A stretch of DNA of 64,000 nt from Dehalococcoidia bacterium (GTDB lineage: Bacteria; Chloroflexota; Dehalococcoidia; Lucifugimonadales; UBA3495): assembly GCA_034428455.1 (NCBI GenBank), contig DAOUHZ010000147.1, positions 75,576-139,575 on the forward strand, given 5' to 3'. Every line of letters starts with the position of its first letter. Positions within the stretch are counted from its first letter, which is position 1. Made by a program: the position numbers and the translations under genes. This document shows positions 62,979 through 64,000 of this stretch, piece after piece. The notes beneath the pieces were generated by a model. That model worked only from the letters and a program-made list of their open reading frames with translations, made no database searches and was not told the DNA's origin.

Positions 62979-63149
62979 GGCTATTCTCCTTCCAGGTGGG
63001 TATCTCATCGCCATTATAGCCCAAATCGGTTCCCGATGCGTTCCGGGCTCGTTGCCTGACGCATCTCCCGGTGTATGATGCGCGACAACACGGAACACTG
63101 CCACCGGACGTCGGCCCGGGTACGACGCCGGCCAGGAGGGAGCGCAAAA

Positions 63150-64000
63150 ATGGTTGATTTGCTATTTGCCAGCGGCACGGTGATCGACGGCACTGGATCT
63201 CCCGGCTATCGGGCCAGCGTTGGCGTCACCGGCGACACCATCCAGGTTATAGCCGGCGATACCTCGGCGGTGGACGCCGGCCGTACCATCGACGCCAGCG
63301 GCTACGTGATTTGCCCCGGCTTCATCGATATGCACTCTCATTCCGACCTGAAGCTGCTCACCGACCCCGACCATCAGCCCAAGATCCGCCAGGGCGTAAC
63401 CACGGAGGCCCTAGGCATGGACGGCCTGTCCTATGCGCCCACCACTCCGCGTGCCCTGGAACAGCTCCTGGTGTACCTGGCGGCGGTGAACGGCGCGCCC
63501 CCCGATGTACGCTGGAGCAGCGTAGCCGACTTCCTCGCGCTCTTCGACGGCAACTCCACCTGCAACGTTGTCCACATGGTCCCCCACGCCGCCATCCGCG
63601 TCGCCGCCATGGGCTGGTCGTCACGCCTGCCCACCGACGCCGAGATGGACACCATGCGCGATCTCACCCGGCAAGGGATGCGGGACGGCGCGTTCGGGTT
63701 CACCTCCGGGCTCACCTACGCGCCCGGCGCCTACAGCGACACTAGCGAACTCGCTGCCATCGCCGCCGTAGCCGCCGAAGAGGGCGGCTTCTACTGCACC
63801 CATGCCCGCTACACTCTGGGCGACCGCCTTCTCGATCCCTTTCGAGAATCTGTCGAGATCGGCCGGCGATCCGGCGCTCCCGTCCACATCTCCCATTACC
63901 ACAGCCCCGTGGCCGGCCTCGGCGCTCAGATGACCGCCCTGGTCGACGACGCCCACAACCGCGATCAGGACGTCACCTTCGACCAATATCCCTACCCGGC
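63150..64000 (+). CDS. N-acyl-D-amino-acid deacylase (D-aminoacylase) family amidohydrolase, N-terminal fragment (3' end outside window)
   Basis: ATG 63150 follows AGGAGGGAG. My translation is MVDLLFASGTVIDGTGSPGYRASVGVTGDTIQVIAGD...ASGYVICPGFIDMHSHSD.. with the H-x-H metal motif. The frame is open to the window end and is not in the ORF track. Confidence 0.7.
   Translation, partial: MVDLLFASGTVIDGTGSPGYRASVGVTGDTIQVIAGDTSAVDAGRTIDASGYVICPGFIDMHSHSDLKLLTDPDHQPKIRQGVTTEALGMDGLSYAPTTPRALEQLLVYLAAVNGAPPDVRWSSVADFLALFDGNSTCNVVHMVPHAAIRVAAMGWSSRLPTDAEMDTMRDLTRQGMRDGAFGFTSGLTYAPGAYSDTSELAAIAAVAAEEGGFYCTHARYTLGDRLLDPFRESVEIGRRSGAPVHISHYHSPVAGLGAQMTALVDDAHNRDQDVTFDQYPYP

Overview
High-GC (roughly 60-65% by eye) bacterial chromosomal segment. 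It is densely coded and mostly housekeeping. Recognisable genes include eno, rsmG, nadC, yloV-degV-recG, uvrB, ruvA-ruvC-yebC, pdxA-proC-yggT, nrdR and nrdJ, rsmH-ftsA-ftsZ, tsaD, tilS, a fused accD/accA, mrp, and a mobA-moaD-aor block. The yloV/degV/recG block and a division cluster stripped of cell-wall genes suggest a Chloroflexota-like organism, but that is a low-confidence inference. No rRNA, tRNA or CRISPR array was found. Small, visibly lower-GC islets interrupt the core and carry all the accessory content. These are: a 33-unit pentapeptide-repeat membrane protein; a VapC PIN toxin with an unrecognisable partner; a hicB-hicA pair; a Panacea (DUF4065) antitoxin-like gene convergent with a RelE/ParE-like ORF that is ATGA-coupled to nrdJ; a 301-codon intein splitting the NPCGE active site of the class II ribonucleotide reductase; and two unknown ORFs between nrdR and nrdJ. 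The best candidate for an undescribed system is at 37.2-40.5 kb. There a PaREP1/HEPN-like small gene sits directly upstream of an MmeI-family single-chain restriction-modification enzyme. A paralogue of that small gene lies 5 kb away as a precise 541-bp cassette-like insertion between pdxA and proC, bracketed by an 11-bp direct repeat. All functional calls come from motif recognition in the supplied translations; no database search was run.
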